A stretch of 64,000 bases of DNA from Eledone cirrhosa (Eukaryota). The stretch is from positions 42,904,001 to 42,968,000 of the forward strand of contig OZ024757.1 in the NCBI GenBank assembly GCA_964016885.1, written 5' to 3'. The position numbers and the translations under genes were made by a program. Position 1 is the stretch's first letter. Every line of letters starts with the position of its first letter. Below, in pieces: positions 61,691 to 64,000 of the stretch. The notes beneath the pieces were generated by a model, which did not search any database, had not been told where the DNA came from, and saw nothing but the letters and a program-made list of their open reading frames with translations.

Positions 61691-64000
61691 GCCGGACCGT
61701 AGTGCGCATGCGCCAAGGCCGCCGGACCGTAATGCGCATGCGCCAAGGCCGCCGGACCGTAGTGCGCATGCGCCAAGACCGACTGACTGTACTGCGCATG
61801 TGTCATCGTCGCAGTACCGCACTGCGCATGCGGTAAGGCCGCCGGACCGTACTGCGCATGCGCCAAGGCCGCCGGACCGTAGTGCGCAGGCGCCAAGGCC
61901 GCCAGACCGTAGTGCGCATGCACCAAGGCCGCCTGAGTGTACTGCGCATGCATCAAGGTCCCAGTACCGCACTGCGCATGCGCAAAGGCCGCCGGACAGT
62001 AGTGCGCATGCGCCAGAGCCGCCGAACCGTAGTGCGCATGCGCCAAGGCCGCCGGACCGTAGTGCGCATGGGCCAAAGCCGCCCGACCGTACTGCGCATG
62101 CGCTAAGTCCGTAGTACCGTACTGCGCATGCTACAAGGCCGCAGTACCGTACTGCGCATGCGACAAGGCCGCAGTACCGTAGTGCGCATGCGCCAAGGCC
62201 ACCGGACCGTAGTGCGCATGAGCCAAGGCCGCCGGACCGTACTGCGCATGCGCCAAGCCCGCCGGACCGTAGTGCGCATGCGCCAGAGCCGCCGAACCGT
62301 GTTGCACATGCGCCAAGCCCGCCGGACCGTAGTGCGCATGCGCCAAGGCCGCCGGACCATACACCGCATGCGCCAAGGCCGCCGGACCATACTCCGCATG
62401 CGCCAAGGCCGCCGGACCGTTGTGCGCATGCGCCAAGGCCGCCTGACGACTGCGCATGCGTCAAGGTCGCAATACCGAACTGCGCATGCGCTAAGGCCGG
62501 CGGACCGTAGTGCGCATTCGCCAAGGCCGCCGGACCGTAGTGCGCATTCGCCAAGGCCGCCGGACCGTAGTGCGCATGCGCCAAGGCCGCCGGACCGTAG
62601 TGCGCATGCGCCAAGGCCGCCTAACTGTACTGCGCATGCGTCAAGGTCGCAGTACCGAACTGCGCATGCGCTAAGGCCGCCGGACCGTACTGCGCATGCG
62701 CCAAGGCCGCCGGACCGTAGTGCGCATGCGCCAAAGCCGCCGAACCGTAGTGCGCATGCGCCAAGGTCGCCGGACCTGACTGCGCATGCGCCGCGGCCGC
62801 CGGACCGTACTGCGCATGCCCCAAGGCCGTCTGGTTGTACTGCGCATGCCCCAAGGCTGCCTGGTTGTACTGCTAATGCCCCAAGGCCGCCCGACCGTAG
62901 TGCGCATGCGACAAGGCCGCCTGACCGTAGTGCGCATGCGCCAAGGCCGCCGGACCGTAGTGCGCATGCGTCAAGGTCGCAGTACCGAACTGCGCATGCG
63001 CTAAGGCCGCCGGACCGAACTGCGTATGGGCTAAGGCCGCCGGACCGTACTGCGCATGCGCCAAAGCCGCCGGACCGTAGTGCGCATGCGTCAAGGTCGC
63101 AGTACCGAACTGCGCATGCGCTAAGGCCGCCGGACCGTACTGCGCATGCGCCAAGGCCGCCGGACCGTACTGCGCATACCCCAAGGCCGCCTGGTTGTAC
63201 TGCGCATGCCCCAAGGCCGCCCGACCGTAGTGCGCATGCGCCAAAGCCGCCGAACCGTAGTGCGCATGCGCCAAGGCCGCCTAACTGTACTGCGCATGCG
63301 TCAAGGTCGCAGTACCGAACTGCGCATGCGCCAAGGCCGCCGGACCGTACTGCGAATGCGCCAAGGCCGCCGGACCGTAGTGCGCATGCGCCAAAGCCGC
63401 CGAACCGTAGTGCGCATGCGCCAAGGCCGCCGGACCATACTGCGCACGCATGCGCCGCGGCCGCAGGACCGTAGTGCGCATGCGCCAAGGCCGCCTGGTT
63501 GTACTGCGCATGCGCCAAGGCCGCCGGACCGTAGTGCGCATGCGCCAAGGCCGCCTGACTGTACTGCGCATGCGTCAAGGCCGCAGTACCGAACTGCGTA
63601 TGGGCTAAGGCCGCCGGACCGTACTGCGCATGCGCCAAGGCCGCCGGACCGTAGTGCGCATGCGCCAAGGCCGCCGGACCATACTGCGCATGCGCCAAGG
63701 CCGCCGGACCGTAGTGCGCATGCGCCAAGGCCGCCTAACTGTACTGCGCATGCGTCAAGGTCGCAGTACCGTACTGCGCATGCGCCAAGGCCGCCGAACC
63801 GTACTGCGCATGCGCCAAGGCCGCCGAACCGTACTGCGCATGCGCCAAGGCCGCCGAACCGTACTGCGCATGCGCCAAAGCCGCCGAACCGTAGTGCGCA
63901 TGCGCCAAAGCCGCTGGACCGTAGTGCGCATGCGCCAAGGCCACTGGACCGTACTGCGCATGTACCAAGGCCGCCGTCGTAGTGCGCATGCGCCAAGGCC

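Larger units (their letters stand above)
1..64000. repeat. GC-rich 30-bp tandem satellite array (~2,000 monomers) with palindromic core GCGCATGCGC, in alternating orientation blocks; extends past both window ends
   Basis: 30-bp periodicity is visible throughout. Forward (F) monomer GGCCTTGGCGCATGCGCACTACGGTCCGGC; reverse (R) monomer GCCGGACCGTAGTGCGCATGCGCCAAGGCC. Approximate F blocks: 1-780, 1611-4177, 6371-7852, 8399-9883, 11627-13340, 14110-15388, 16282-17377, 18037-19960, 20730-22008, 22902-24555, 25325-26603, 27707-29046, 30549-31827, 32721-34737, 35781-36967, 38011-39180, 41088-42259, 43594-44431, 45766-47267, 48272-49079, 50414-50601, 51866-52673, 55571-55600, 57063-57438, 60154-61089. 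The intervening non-island sequence is R. Copy number is estimated as (64000 - ~3060 island bp)/30. Confidence 0.98.
1..64000. promoter_or_regulatory. Dense array of NRF1/EWG/P3A2-type palindromic motifs (TGCGCATGCGC) in most monomers; function unproven
   Basis: The core matches the known NRF1-family consensus YGCGCAYGCGCR at 11/12 positions, and 12/12 in TTTGCGCATGCGCA variants. This is a motif match only. Confidence 0.3.

Noticed and set aside
1-64000. Hundreds of long ORFs (AHAHYGPAAL, GACALRSGGL, RPPDRSAHAP, RMRQGRRTVV, RPWRMRTTVR repeats; up to 1267 aa)
   Set aside because: These arise because the 30-bp GC-rich unit is a multiple of 3. They overlap in nearly all frames on both strands, switch peptide type at inversion junctions, contain recurrent TAA variants and have no unique domain.
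1-64000. CRISPR-like array (palindromic repeat plus variable intervening sequence)
   Set aside because: The intervening ~19 bp are point variants of one consensus, not unique spacers. The period is 30 bp in total, and no cas genes or leader are present.
1-64000. Inversions as whole-genome-amplification or foldback-read chimeras
   Set aside because: The same deletion-scarred junctions recur many times in both orientations, including a diverged copy, and the arms flanking junctions are not exact mirrors. Not fully excluded for one-off junctions (781, 7853, 17378, 50602, 57063) without reads.
1-64000. G-quadruplex array or rRNA/tRNA genes
   Set aside because: The monomer has only GG dinucleotides interspersed with CC (hairpins more likely), and no RNA-gene sequence is recognisable.

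Overview
No credible gene, RNA gene or CRISPR array is present. The whole 64 kb is one GC-rich tandem-repeat (satellite-like) domain of roughly 2,000 copies of a 30-bp monomer. The consensus is GGCCTTGGCGCATGCGCA(C/G)TACGGTCCGGC (22/30 GC, 5 CpG), built around the palindrome GCGCATGCGC. The array is not simply head-to-tail. By manual reading it changes strand about 49 times, in blocks of mostly 0.4-2.8 kb, and the switches follow a strict pattern. 20 of 24 reverse-to-forward switches use one recurrent junction (a crossover at the palindrome axis plus a 7-bp deletion). All 15 AT-rich islands (579/601, 266, 232 and 55 bp, a nested truncation series made of degenerate ~10-bp AAATGGCTAA/AAATGACTAA units) sit only at forward-to-reverse switches. 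The longest islands are themselves imperfect inverted repeats. One single 30-bp monomer is flipped exactly between two adjacent palindrome axes (55571-55600). Kilobase-scale direct and inverted duplications overlay this, and a more diverged, probably older layer lies from ~53.9 kb to the end. The best reading is a foldback-like, palindrome-driven self-inverting satellite, probably eukaryotic; the organism cannot be identified from the sequence. All supplied ORFs are explained as artefacts of a 30-bp (multiple of 3) repeat. Counts and coordinates were read by eye and junctions may be off by a few bases.
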